Shown here: one piece after another, positions 11,416-24,378 of the stretch
How positions within the stretch are numbered: the first letter of the stretch is position 1
Layout: every line of letters starts with the position of its first letter
Origin: the human T2T-CHM13v2.0 reference genome, Homo sapiens
DNA length: 64,000 nt
NCBI RefSeq assembly: GCF_009914755.1
Contig: NC_060934.1
Direction: 5' to 3' (one strand)
The notes under the pieces: model-generated
The model's input: the letters and a program-made list of their open reading frames with translations, nothing else
Told to the model about the DNA's origin: nothing
The model's database searches: none
Translations under genes and position numbers: made by a program

Positions 11416-13155
11416 AAACACAGCAATTCTACACATTTTTACGTTTGACATTTTCATCATTATCCTCCCTCCACCATTCTGTCTTTATTTTTTCTCCTAT
11501 TACTGATTTTAGGTCATGATCTTTACACTTTTGAAAAAAAAAATGAGAGGACAGTCAAATATTTTTCACCTCAAAAATGATTTAATCAAATAGCAAGATT
11601 TAACTAAATAAGACCAATAGTAGCAATAAAGACCTGTTTAGCATTTTCAAAGTTATTTTCTAACAAAAATGTTCACTTAAACATACTCTGGTCAATAGTT
11701 TATTTATTGCCTGATCTATGTAATCCACTACATTTCATCACTTTGATTCAGTTGCAAGTCCTTTTGTTTTCCTTCTGCAGCACCTTCACTAAATATAAAA
11801 TATATCAGCACGCTGAGTGCTCTTTATTTACACTTCTGAGTGACTAGAGAAATTTATTTGATTGCAAAGCTTAAAAGGAGCCCAATAAGTCAGGAAAAAA
11901 ATGCATAGCACTGCTTCTCTACTCAGACTAATTTTTTTCTAATATATATGATGGTTTATAATTTGCAGATATCTTTAAATATTTATAATTCAGCAGGGAC
12001 TCCTTATTAGTTAAGTTTATTTGGAATAAAAATTAATTTTCCAAGATACTTCAATTTCATAGATTGTTACTGTCCTTTATGTCATATAGCATGAAAAAAT
12101 GTCTAATGGGACAATCACTTGTATTATATTATTAATCATGAATAATTGATATGTAATCAATTCACTTTAGTTCTGAATATAAATATCCCACCAGCCAAAT
12201 GAATCAAATTCAATTTATCTTACTTTTTAGAGGACATTTTCAATGTAACAAGAATGATAATGATTTCTAAGGAAAAGATCCTTGGATTATGCTTCCATAA
12301 GATGCATTCATTCATTCACTGATTCTTCAAATAAATATTGACTACTCTCTACATAGAAAACCTCATGATAGGTCCATATGACAACGCAGAGAGAGTTGCC
12401 AATCATTGTGGCCAATAGAAAACTGTGAAGTTTCATTTTAATGATAATACCAGTATGTCCTATTACACAAATAATGATTTCACATTATCATTTAAAGTAA
12501 ATTAAACAGAAAATAAGACTATCATAATAAATATTATTTTTTAACTTATACTTTCTATTAGAAGTAATTCTACCCTATTCCTTACGCAACTTGGTCCAAA
12601 ATTTATTTTAAAATTTTATAACTCTATATTGAATCCCTACTATATGTCAGACACTGCTAGTCTTGAACATACAAAAATGTTCCTAAGCCTAGCTGTGGAG
12701 AGAGATTCAAAGGCACTAATATAAACAATATAACATCATGATGAATGTTTTCCTGTAGGTATACTCCCATGGGAACACAAATTTGAGTAGGATGCAGAGA
12801 ATGCAATTCATAGGAAAAGGCTTCTCAAGGGAAGTAATATTTATCCAAGCATAAATAAGAAAAGGAAAAGGAGAAGGAAGCGGATCTTCATATCTAAAAA
12901 CAATTGCTTAACCCATGGTAACCTAAGTCTACTTTTATGTTTTCTTTTCTCACATTTTATGTTTTGCTCTTACATTATTTGATACAAATTACATCTTTAA
13001 ACATTATAAAGCAATAAACACAGTTTTACAATTTATGAAATTGTCTCAGGGGTATGGAGCTTTTGAGGCAGCTCCAAATCCATTCTTCTTTTTTCAGTGG
13101 CTGCTCAGCTGTGGGTTTCACAGCTACCATGGTTGTGTGACTACTGACTTTCAAG

Positions 13156-14485
13156 ATTGGGGCTCAGAAAACAATGCCTCAAAATGAAGGCCTTAGCAGT
13201 AGCTCAAAAGCAAACATTTTTATTTGACCTTCTCCTGCATGCCTGTCTCTCAGTCCCATTCTCCCGCAAGGCTAGCCATGAAAACTAGAATCTCTCTTCC
13301 CCAAGGTGGGTCATAGAAAGCAGGACCCCTTTTCCCAAAAGCCAGCCTTAGAAACCTAAAAATAGTCTATGTAAAAACAGGCCATAAAGAAATTATCTAA
13401 TCTATTTTGTTTGACATTCCAGAGGGGGCCCCATCCCACACCCAGAAGGAAGGACTGCTGCACAGAGAGGACAAGAAGAATCTAGACAGACAGGACTTGC
13501 TGGGTTTCCCCACTCAGTTTTTTAACACTAGATCATATTGTTATAGAAGGTAGTTAGTGAGACACAAGCATGGTAGGAGAGGGTCCACTGCTTCTTCACC
13601 AGGAATGTCAGGCAACCATCAGGTGATGGTAAGGTGGTTGTTATACAGTCTTGCTAAAATAATAATTGGTCGCAGCCAGTGCCAGGAAAAGGCAGTCTCC
13701 CAATAGACAGATAACATCTGAAACTGGTAATCAGCAGCTTCCCAATAAGATCTCAGGAGTTGGGTGAGTGGGCTCAAGCACGCACCCTAAGAGGCAAAAT
13801 GGCAGATGACCTTCCTCTAGGAACACTCAGTTGGTAAGGAAAAAACATCTCAAGTGACTATGTGTACAACTTCAGTAAACACACTGTGCATTCAACCCCT
13901 CCAAAGTCCTAGTAGGTCACTGTGCATCTGGATGGCCCACCGCAAGGAAGAATCAGGATATAAGAGATGCAGAGATGCAGACCCCAGAAGCATGCTAATG
14001 AAATGTATAAAATCCTAAGTCAAAGGTCAAATCACATACTTGATCTCTCAAGTCACCCACTTGGCCCTCTTCTAAATGTACTTTACTTCCTGTCATTCCT
14101 GCTCTAAAACTTTTTAATAAACTTTCACTCCTCCTCCAAAACTTGTCTGGGTCTCTCACTCTGCCTTATGCCCCTCGGTCAAATTCTTTCTTCAGAGGAG
14201 GCAAGAATTGAAGGTTGCTGCGGACCTGTTTGGACTCGCCACCACTAACAATATCCTTTTGAACAATCATATTTCTACAGGTATGTCCATACTTCATTGA
14301 ATCTCAGCCTAAAAATGGATAATGTATCTTTGTCTTCATTCTGAAGGCCACTGTGTATACACATTGAATAAATGTGTATGCCTTTTCTCCTATTAATCAA
14401 TCTGCCTCACGTTAGTGATTTTTCAGCAAACCTTCAGAGGGCTGGGGTGGGGAAAGTGGGGAAGCTCTCCCTTTGCCCCCAAACA
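13156..14485 (+). mobile_element. MER39-like ERV1 solo LTR (interrupted by MER50)
   Basis: TTGGGGCTCAGAAAACAATGCCTCAAAATGAAGGCC start and CCCTTTGCCCCCAAACA end. Halves are 13156-13538 and 14251-14485. Confidence 0.85.
13539..14250 (+). mobile_element. MER50-like ERV1 solo LTR nested in MER39
   Basis: TGTTA...TAACA termini, CCAGGAATGTCAGGCAACCATCAGGTGATGG and AATAAA. Perfect 4-bp TSD ATAT (13535-38/14251-54). Confidence 0.9.
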
Positions 14486-15241
14486 AGGCTACTGTGATCC
14501 TAGAGAGAGGGAGATGGAAATAGGGTAAATTAAAACACCACAAAAATCATTGTTCTTGTATCAATTCTGCCATTTTTCTTGTTGCAAGCCTTAATTTCCA
14601 GAGTTCTGAAAAAGTTATTTTGACCATTTTTGCCAGTGTTCTCATTGCTTTTAAGGAGTGAATTTTCAGATGTCCCCACTCTGCCATTTCAAAAGTACTC
14701 CCCTGGGGCTATGCTTTTGAATTACATTTAGGAGTGAATTGATTTAACGGAGAACAAAGAAGCATCTTTAAAGTAATTGACTTTTCAATGAAGACAAAAG
14801 AATTCATGCAACCAAATTAGTATTATTTTGTTCAAAAGCAACATCTTAGAAAGAAGTAACACTAATTCCATGGTAGTTCACATACTTAAATATATTTTGA
14901 ATATTTTTATCTGTACTTACAGCGAGTAAGTAAAAAAAAATTAATGTTTTAATAATGGCAAATGTACCCTTTGGGAGAAATTTAATTGAACAAAGTCTAA
15001 TTAAAAAGGTATTTGATCAGGCTGAATGTATCATCATTTTTTTATCTAAGCCAATTGATGGCTATAAAGTAATCAGGGTAATATTTGCACTTGGATCATA
15101 ACCTAACTACAAAAACCTCATTCCAAAAGAGTAACTTTCCTTAAAATGTTATAACCAATGGAGAAAACATTGGAATAAGCTTATAGCATTCCCAGTGGAC
15201 ATATTTGGCTTAACAAGTTCTATAGTGAGTGTTAAAAATAT

Positions 15242-15679
15242 TGAAAAAAGAAAAATAGCTCAGAGAAGTCTAAGCTATGTGAGGAATACAAAATTTATCA
15301 AGCCTGGAGAGACATAAGACTTCAGTCATCCCCTCACCCCCTGGGGGTGGCACCTATGCCCAGGGGTAATTGTTTAAAAGCGTTTTTGCTCCTGACTAGC
15401 TGCCTCACCCATTATCTTCATGTTCCTGGAATTTGTGACTTCTTCAAGACTTACTCCAAATAGATATTTACTCATTTCTCTGAGCTATCATGTATATAGA
15501 AAGTACACGTTATTAAACTTCTGTTTGCTGTTCTCATGTTAATGTCTTTTAGACATTAGAAGTTTTAGAAGACACTGTTCTCATGTTAATGTCTTTTAAA
15601 CATTAGAAATTAGACATTTAGAAGTCCCAACTAATAACTAATGAAAGGTAGAGGAGAAAATTGTTTTTCCTCCTTTACA
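15242..15679 (+). mobile_element. ERV1-class LTR, internally deleted (family uncertain)
   Basis: TG...CA termini; gaaaaatagctcagagaagtctaagctatgtgagg; ATTAAA plus cttctgtttg; end gagg..aaattgtttttcctcctttaca. Confidence 0.6.
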
Positions 15680-16734
15680 GCATTGCAGAGCTAGCTATGG
15701 GCCCCTAGAAATCATCCGTAAACTTCACATATTTAAAATAAGGAAATAGACGGCTAGAGAACTGCCCAAAGTCACTTAGCTAGCAGAGATTTTACAAAAC
15801 ATCAATGGGCATCTAAGAAGTGCCTACAATACATCAGGCACTGGGCTAGACACTACCCTTCACAAAATAAAACTATAAGTTGGGCCAATGACATTCAGTC
15901 TACTGCTCTTTGCACAACTTCACACTGCATAAATGAATAAATTCTCAAATAGCCATCAAAAATGAAATATCCAGAGGAGGCAGTCTAAAGAATTACAATG
16001 AATTTTTAAAGTAACGCTTGTTTTGTAAACAGGAAAGTACATAGAAAGGAAAAGAGAAAATCCATTCTATATAAAATAGAAAAATATGTTTGTACTGACT
16101 CAATTATTTAAAATTAATATTGTGTGGCCTAGGAATATGTTTTTATATAATTAATGTTTGTTTTTTACAAAGGTTCCTACAGGCAGGAAATGTGTTTGAT
16201 TTTTGTGTATACTTCAGATTTCATCACAACAGCAATATAATGCAGGACTCAATGCAAAGTAAGAAAAAACACCAGGCAATCAGTTTTGGTTGCTTTTTCA
16301 CTAACAAAGCTTGTTAAGAAAAGAAGAGCATTTTTATTTTTTATAAATAGAGGATTTTAGTGCCTATTTTGGAATAGCAGGTAGTATTCCAGCTGTTTGG
16401 GGCTGCTTTGGGCTCTAGGCATTTTAAAATTAATGGGCTGGGCCAAACAAAGAGTGTATTTTCATTCCACATCAAATGTGTATGCTGGTTTCTAGAAATA
16501 CAATATGTTTGTGCAAGTGTGGCAACATTTATCCTTCCAGGTAGTAAATGAAGACATCTGCCTTCTCCTAGAGACTTAGCTCTCCAAGTCAATTTAAAGA
16601 AACCAGCAAATAACCCGTAGTGACTCTTACCCTCACACAGAACAAGCTGATTTCTCATGACAGCTATATTCAATCTATGACTAAATAATGCCATTTTAAA
16701 TGACCATGTGTGGGAAGTAAAACTATAAAGTCAA

Positions 16735-16960
16735 CATGTGCTTTAGAGCCTGGAGCTCTTAGTTCAAATCCCAGTTCTGTCATTTACTAGTTGTAGGACA
16801 TTTTTAAAATCTGTTAATTTCTCTGGATGGTCAGTTTCCTCCTATGTAAAATGGAGACAATATTACCTACCTCACAGGGTTAATGTGAAGATTACATTAT
16901 ATAGCTCATGTAAAGCACTTAGCTAAATAGCTGGCACAGAGTTGACACTTGATGAATGGT
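16735..16960 (+). mobile_element. MIR
   Basis: ttcaaatcccagttctgtcatttactagttgt...cagtttcctcctatgtaaaatggag...acctacctcacagggtt. Confidence 0.85.
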
Positions 16961-17331
16961 GCCTTTTATCTGCCCCCTCTGCAATTACTTACTTAAAGTT
17001 ATCTATTATTTAAGCATCTTTCCATTCTTACCAAACTTAAAATTGGTACCCAAAAAAATCACCTAATTTTTCTCCTGTTGTACTAAGTAGCAAAAGAAAA
17101 ACATTCAAGAAATGGGAAGGCCTTCATGATACAAGTTTTCATGTCTGTAAAATTAACTCTGCATTAACTCCTGACTTAAAATTCTACAACACAGAACTAC
17201 AAAATTTTAAAAGAACAGAATATTAATCTAGAGTTGATATAAAAATACTAGCTGTCTCAACTTAAGGCATTTCACAAGCCTGAGAATTATTTCTGCTTTG
17301 ACTTTGCAGCTCTACTGAAAGAAACCCTTAC

Positions 17332-17431
17332 CCTAGCTGCAAACCTGGACAGATTCTTGAACACAATTTCTTGGCGCTTCCTCTGAAATCCCCCTAGAAG
17401 CAAGAGCTTCTGCTGAGCGACTCCATGGTGA
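17332..17431 (-). other. Candidate exon (100 nt, or 62 nt from the internal acceptor at 17393)
   Basis: Acceptors ttttttcatgttccAG| and ctcttgcttctAG|. Donor CTAGG|GTAAGG. Confidence 0.4.
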
Positions 17432-17454
17432 CTGGAACATGAAAAAACATGCTG

Positions 17455-17905
<451 letters not shown>

Positions 17906-18514
17906 TCACCATAAAAGGTACTCCTTATGCACATATTTCTCACACTGACTGCATACAAATGACTTGAATTTATAGAAGGATTTTTCTTCTTGTAGCCATT
18001 CATACCCAGCTCACAGCCCAAGCCAATGTGCGTCCTCCAAATGCAATCAGATGATGTGACCAGCCTTGAAACACTCATCAGACATGTTTTCTAACATATA
18101 TTCTTGGTCCAGTCTAAACTTGGATATTTGGAAACAGACTACTTAGAACACCAGCATTTGATATTGTGTTCAAAGATTGCAGAAAAACATGTAGTTATAA
18201 TCACTCTAGTACTCTCCCTGATTATATAATTAGGGGTGTAGTTTTAGTCTTAAAAGAGTACCAAATAGACTTTGAGTCAGTAAAAAGAACAACTTTTACT
18301 GAGAGTAGAAGAGCATCTTTGCCATCAAATATGAGCTTTTGCAGTCAATTTAGCCCCTTCTCTAATTGACACTGTTCATAAAAGACATTTAAAACCATTT
18401 CATGTATTGTTAATATGCACAGTTTCAACACCATTACATAACCCATCAATGTGAAGATCAGAGGTTTATAATCACTGAAATTGATTAGTCCAATCCTCAA
18501 AACAAATAGCTTAC

Positions 18515-18597
18515 TATTCTGTAAAATTTTTTCCCTGGTGCAAGTGGAAGTAGTATTGTAAAATGTCTTTGAAATCCAACAGGAATACAGATTTCTC
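18515..18597 (-). other. Candidate exon (83 nt)
   Basis: Acceptor actgtgtcctacAG|G and donor AATA|GTAAGC. Unique sequence. Confidence 0.35.
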
Positions 18598-19236
18598 CTG
18601 TAGGACACAGTTTTGCAAAAATTGCTTTAATCATTAAGTAAAGTTAAGCTTGATGAAAAATCTTTCTACTACACGTCTTTGAGTCCCAACAACAGAAGCA
18701 CAGATGATGGCTGTGTGAACTTCTATCAGTTTGCTTCAAAATTAAAGAAAATCTTCTTAGCATACAAATCCCAACAAGTAGCCTAGCACCACTTTTCATT
18801 TATTACCAATGCAACCAATTTAAACAGAACTTATTCAGTTTATAAGATGGATATCTTGTCAACTGCTAATCATAATATAAACAATGAATTTGTACTGCAT
18901 ATTATCTGTGCATTTTTTCTCTTCAAATAAGATTGCAACCTTAACAGAAAATGTGGAACAAACCAGCTTCCGCAACATAGTTCTTTCTTTAACAATAACA
19001 ACAATAAAACTATGCTAAAACTACACTGAAGCTACACTACAATAAACTGCAAAAAATCAAAAGATCCAAGCACTAACACTGAGTCACATTGTACTCTGGC
19101 ACCTGTAATAAGATTACCTCCTTGTGACCTGCTCAAATTCTGGACCCAAAGAAAGTTTTCAGAAAGTTTTTCTAAAATCCTCTGTCTGTCACCCATAAAG
19201 CTTCATTCAGGTACTAAATGATAGGTAAGTTTAGTA

Positions 19237-19375
19237 GTGTAGTCCTAGCTACATGAAAGGCCAGGGCAGGAGGATTGCATGAACCCAGGAGTTCAAGGTT
19301 ATAGTGAGCTATGATTGCACCACTGCACTCCATCCTGGCAAGAGAGCGAGATCCTGTCTCTAAATAAATAAATAA
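19237..19375 (+). mobile_element. Alu monomer (FRAM/FAM or AluJ right arm)
   Basis: tgtagtcctagctac...ttgcaccactgcactcca...ctgtctct plus (TAAA)n tail. Confidence 0.8.
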
Positions 19376-20147
19376 CAGATAAATGATTTACAAATTTTTT
19401 ATCAAGCACTCTTTAGAAAAACTTCAGCATTCACACATAATATATGTATTTATACATTATATACAAGTTCTAATCTCAGCCTTTATGTTAAATAATTACT
19501 AAACTTTGTTTTTTACTTAGATAAAAAGTAATTATCCGTAGAATTTCTAATATTTTTCAGATGTTCCACTGGATCATTGTGCATGCCTTCTGGGTATTCA
19601 ACTTTGGAGAGTACTGTACTATATGAGTCAGGATTATTAGACAGAAAACCAATTAAAAACCTTAGATGTAAAAAGAGAAGAGAGAGGAGAGAAAGAAAGC
19701 ACCAGTTGCAAATAGCCTAAGTTTTAAAGTACATCAAACATCGTTATATGCCAGAGCTTCACATAAATTATCTTAGTAAATCCTCAAAAAAGGCATTAAA
19801 AGAGGTATCATTTTTGCTCTTGTACAGATGAGGAAACTAGGATCAGGGTAATTACATCCAAGGTCTAAGTGTCAAAACAAATGATTGTCAGAGGACAGGA
19901 AGAAAATAAAAGGGAAGCCGTTAATCAAACATTTGGCCCTCTCATATCCCAAAATTCTAAAGATCTCTTACCACAAAGAAGGCAAATCTAGGAATAATCA
20001 TCTAAAACATGTTCAGTACATGTATTTCAAGGCTCTAGAGACAAAGGGCAAAACATACTAAATTATTATTAGTGCTTGAGAAACTAATCAATTATCTTTT
20101 GATTGCCTGTCATTTCTTAAGCAGGTAACATGGATCCAACAAAGGAA

Positions 20148-20205
20148 GGATGGATGGATGGATGGATGGATGGATGGACGGATGGATGGATGGTTGATGG
20201 ATGGA
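20148..20205 (+). repeat. (GGAT)n tetranucleotide microsatellite
   Basis: About 14 units with two interruptions, abutting the Alu tail. Confidence 0.95.
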
Positions 20206-20675
<470 letters not shown>

Positions 20676-20884
20676 TAGCACCACAAATCCTAGTCTGTTA
20701 TGTAAAGAGAATTTAAACAAATTAATCACAAACATTCATGAGCACATATGCTTATTTGCATGACTGTCTTGTATTATAGCCTAAAAGTTATTCATGTCTT
20801 AAAGGTGTAGAAATACTGTGTCTTTCATCAACATAGCCTGAGACAATTGAGAATTTAATAAGATATGCAAAACCATAAAAATCA

Positions 20885-21110
20885 TGGCTAATATTTATGC
20901 AACTTTTCTATGTGCCAGGATGTGTTCTAAGCATTTTATGTGTATTATCACTTTGAATCTTCACAAACACCTCATAAAGTAGATGCTATATGTGTCCCCA
21001 TTTCCAACCAGGAAAACTGAGGCAACAAGAGGTAAGAAATGTGACCAAGGTTACATCACTAGCAGGATAACCAGATCTTTGACTCAAAGATGTCTGACTC
21101 CAGAGCTTCC
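20885..21110 (-). mobile_element. MIR
   Basis: tatgtgccaggatgtgttctaagcattttatgtgtattatc...ggaaaactgaggca. Confidence 0.8.
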
Positions 21111-21419
21111 TCCAAGAACTATGACAGACATACAGTAAGAGAGTTCAAAATACAGCAAATTGTTAACAAATATGTAGAGCAAATGGCTAACAATATCAAT
21201 TAAGCACTCTGATATATCTCCAAGACTAGTTCTGCAACCCCTCGCAGCTATACATCCTAAAATATTCTGCCTCTTACATGTCTCAGAAATTAAAAGAAGA
21301 TTCTGCTAATCCATGTTCAGTCTGTCACACATAATTGATGTGTGTGTGATGTTGAGTTTGCTTATTTGTTCACCCTTTCTTATGTAATATAATAGGTGAT
21401 GTTACAGATGATAGAAAAA

Positions 21420-21650
21420 CATAAGGTTGAAAGGATGGACTCCGGAGTCAGATGCACAAGGATTCACATTGCTCTCTGGCTGTTTTTGGCTATATAATAA
21501 ATTGATCCCTCCAAGTCTCAGTCTCCCCTTCTATAAATGGAGATATTGACACCTGCCTCATTAAATAGCTGTAAGGAGAAAATGAAATAACATATGTAAA
21601 AGAAAATAATACATGTATAATGCTTGGGACGTGGTGAGCTCCCAAACTAT
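21420..21650 (+). mobile_element. MIR
   Basis: ggactccggagtcaga...tctcagtctccccttctataaatggag. Confidence 0.65.
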
Positions 21651-22192
21651 GCTAGCTATGGTAAATAAAAATAACCCCACTAATAGTGACACAGCTGGTG
21701 TTAACAGTGTGATCTATGGTACATGGACACAGAAGAGATAGTTAACCTATTGAGTGGCTAAAATTGTGAGCTTGGTGTGAAAGATGAATGATCTATCCTG
21801 GTCCACTGATTTTCTATAGGTCTCCACAGCACTTGCTCACCCACCTCTTTACAAAGCATTTCTCCTCTCTCTAGCATTTCTCATTGTTATCTCTAACAAG
21901 TGATTTATTTTAAGTTCATCTTTTCTCATTTCCTGTGACCTGTTCAGAAGCTCATGTACATCTACCATTGTGAGCACCCAAATAGTTTGTTATCTCCTCA
22001 CACAATACTTCATAGTCAGCTGATTCACTGGGGTTCGTTTTACTATGTAACCATCTACCATAAATACCTAGATTGTTTAAAAGGCCACACCGCCACTCAC
22101 ACACAAAAAGAAAGCTTTGCATATTACTGTAACCTCTTCACATGATTTACTAGTGTTAACACAGCTTTCTATGAAAAATGAAAAATAAAAGT

Positions 22193-22818
22193 TGTAGAGA
22201 CCAAGGGAAAACTCCTTCAGCCTCTAAAGGTTCATGGAAAAATCAACTCACAAAAGGCAAATTAATTACAGAAACGGCATACAAATGTATTTAATGTGTA
22301 CATGAGAGCCTTCAGAATGAAAACCCAAAGATGCAGGGGAAATTGTCCATTTATATGCTTCAGTTCAACAAAGTATGAACAGCCATACTCAAATAAGATT
22401 GGACAAAAAGTTTACTACCTAATGCTAATAGGTTGAGTGGGGAAGGTCTGTCTAGACTCTTCTTGGCCTCTCTGAGCATGCCTTTCTTCCTTCCGGGTAT
22501 GGGGCAGGACTCTCTCTTGAATGGCGGGTGGGGGTCTTAAGACCTACAGTAAAACAATGTCAGTTAGATAATTTCTTTATGGCCAGTTTTTACACAGCAG
22601 GGCAGAGAGAAAGTTTGAGTAATATTTTTAGGTGTTATGGGGGGCTTTAGGGAAAAGAAGTTCTAGTTTCTACGACATGCCCTGGGGAAGAGGGATTCTC
22701 ATTTCTATGGCTGGATGTAGGTGAATGGGGCTGAGAGACAGGAGGGCAGGAGAAAGTCAAAGAAGCTTTCGCTTCTGAGACCTTCATTTTGAGGTATTTT
22801 TTTTTCCGAGTCCCAACA
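22193..22818 (-). mobile_element. MER39-like ERV1 solo LTR
   Basis: Reverse complement of the 13156-14485 element family. TG...CA ends and perfect TSD AAGT (22189-92/22819-22). Confidence 0.85.
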
Positions 22819-23919
22819 AAGTAAAGTGGGAATCCAGACAATTCTCCACAATTTCATGTAAAACAATAAGCGCAATGATTGTAATATACTGATCTACTTC
22901 TCAAATTTAAATGTCAAATGATACCACATCATTTTACTTTTTCAGATTCCATAATTAGTCCCCCTCCCATTTTTATATCTATAAACTCCTACTTGGCTAT
23001 TTTCTTTGAACTGCTACAATGAAACCATACTCTAAGGGATAGAACAATTTTATCAACGTTTGTAATAATGAAAACTTTGAAAGCTTTAGTTTTACCTAAT
23101 AATCAGTTAATAAAAAGCCATAAAGCTGTTAATACATTTTAGATTCAAGTAAAAATAGTAATGACTTTCAAAGAGCAACATTTCTGATTGGCAATATTAA
23201 ATAGGAACAAATCATTGTGGTTTGAGATGTGTTTAATGCAGAAAGTCCTGTGTGCTCACCATGTATCACAATTAATGTTTTCTGGTAACTCTAATGGGCT
23301 CACAGGGATTTGGAAGTTTGGTAACTATCAGCACTTGAAACTTTTTCCTCTTTGTCCAATACTAGATAAATAAACCACTCTAGTTTAGGATATTGAATCA
23401 TATAAATTCCTAAAGAGAATTAGTAGATTAAGAAGAGTCAATAAAACAGAACCATCAGAAGTTCTCTAAATGGAAAGAAGTTATAAATACTACCTATTTC
23501 CTTGTTAATATCAGGTTACATAAAAAAATTATTCCTGAAAATAAAGTTGCTAAGCTTTATCAAGTAGACTTTCTTTTTTATAAGTAGATTAGACTTTTCA
23601 ACCTAATGTTTTGAGGAAAACATCTCCAAAGGTCCTCTTAGAAGGTAGTTGGAAGGAGCCCTAGTAAAAGAAAAATCTATAAAGCTTACAGATAAAAATC
23701 AGCTTAAATTGTGTCCATCCATGAATGTCAATTTCTATTACAGGGCAGAATTTAATTAATTTTGTTTCATTTAATAAATATTCTCCTATGGTATACAATT
23801 CCTTACTAGACACTATATCAGATTTCTAAGTAGTTCAAAGTATTAAGGATTACTTATGACTGGAACATGTTATCAATGTACATATTAAATTTTCTCCTCC
23901 TTCTAAATTACACATTTTA

Positions 23920-24378
23920 TTTTTTTTATTATACTTTAAGTTTTAGGGTACACGTGCACAACGTGCAGGTTAGCTACATATGTATACATGTGCCATGTTG
24001 GTGTGCTGCACCCATTAACTCGTCATTTAACATTAGGTATATCTCCTAATGCTATCCCTCCCCCTCCCCCCACCCCACAACAGGCCCCAGTGTGTGATGT
24101 CCCCCTTCCTGTGTCCATGTGTTCTCATTGTTCAATTCCCACCTATGAGTGAGAGCATGCGGTGTTTGGTTTTTTGTCCTTGCGATAGTTTGCTGAGAAT
24201 GATGGTTTCCAGCTTCATCCATGTGCCTACAAAGGACATGAACTCATCATTTTTTATGGCTTTATAGTATTCCATGGTGTATATTTGCTACATTTTCTTA
24301 ATCCAGTCTCTCACTGTTGGACATTTGGCTTGGTTCCAAGTCTTTGCTATTGTGAATAGTGCTGCAATAAACATACGA
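23920..24378 (-). mobile_element. 5'-truncated young L1 (L1PA3/4-like) 3' end
   Basis: ttattatactttaagttttagggtac... L1PA 3'UTR. Perfect 16-bp TSD TAAATTACACATTTTA (23904-19/24379-94). Confidence 0.93.

Larger units (their letters stand above)
13050..14690 (-). mobile_element. Old L1M 5' region fragment split by MER39 (pieces ~13050-13155 and ~14486-14690)
   Basis: The flanks rejoin as ...ctttcaag|gctactgtg.... The piece ends ccactctgccattt, typical of L1M 5' ends. Confidence 0.5.

Noticed and set aside
16341-16694. 113-117 aa ORFs in unique DNA (also 41308-41649, 39763-40074, 33564-33887)
   Set aside because: No recognisable homology or domain; lengths are compatible with chance or repeat origin.
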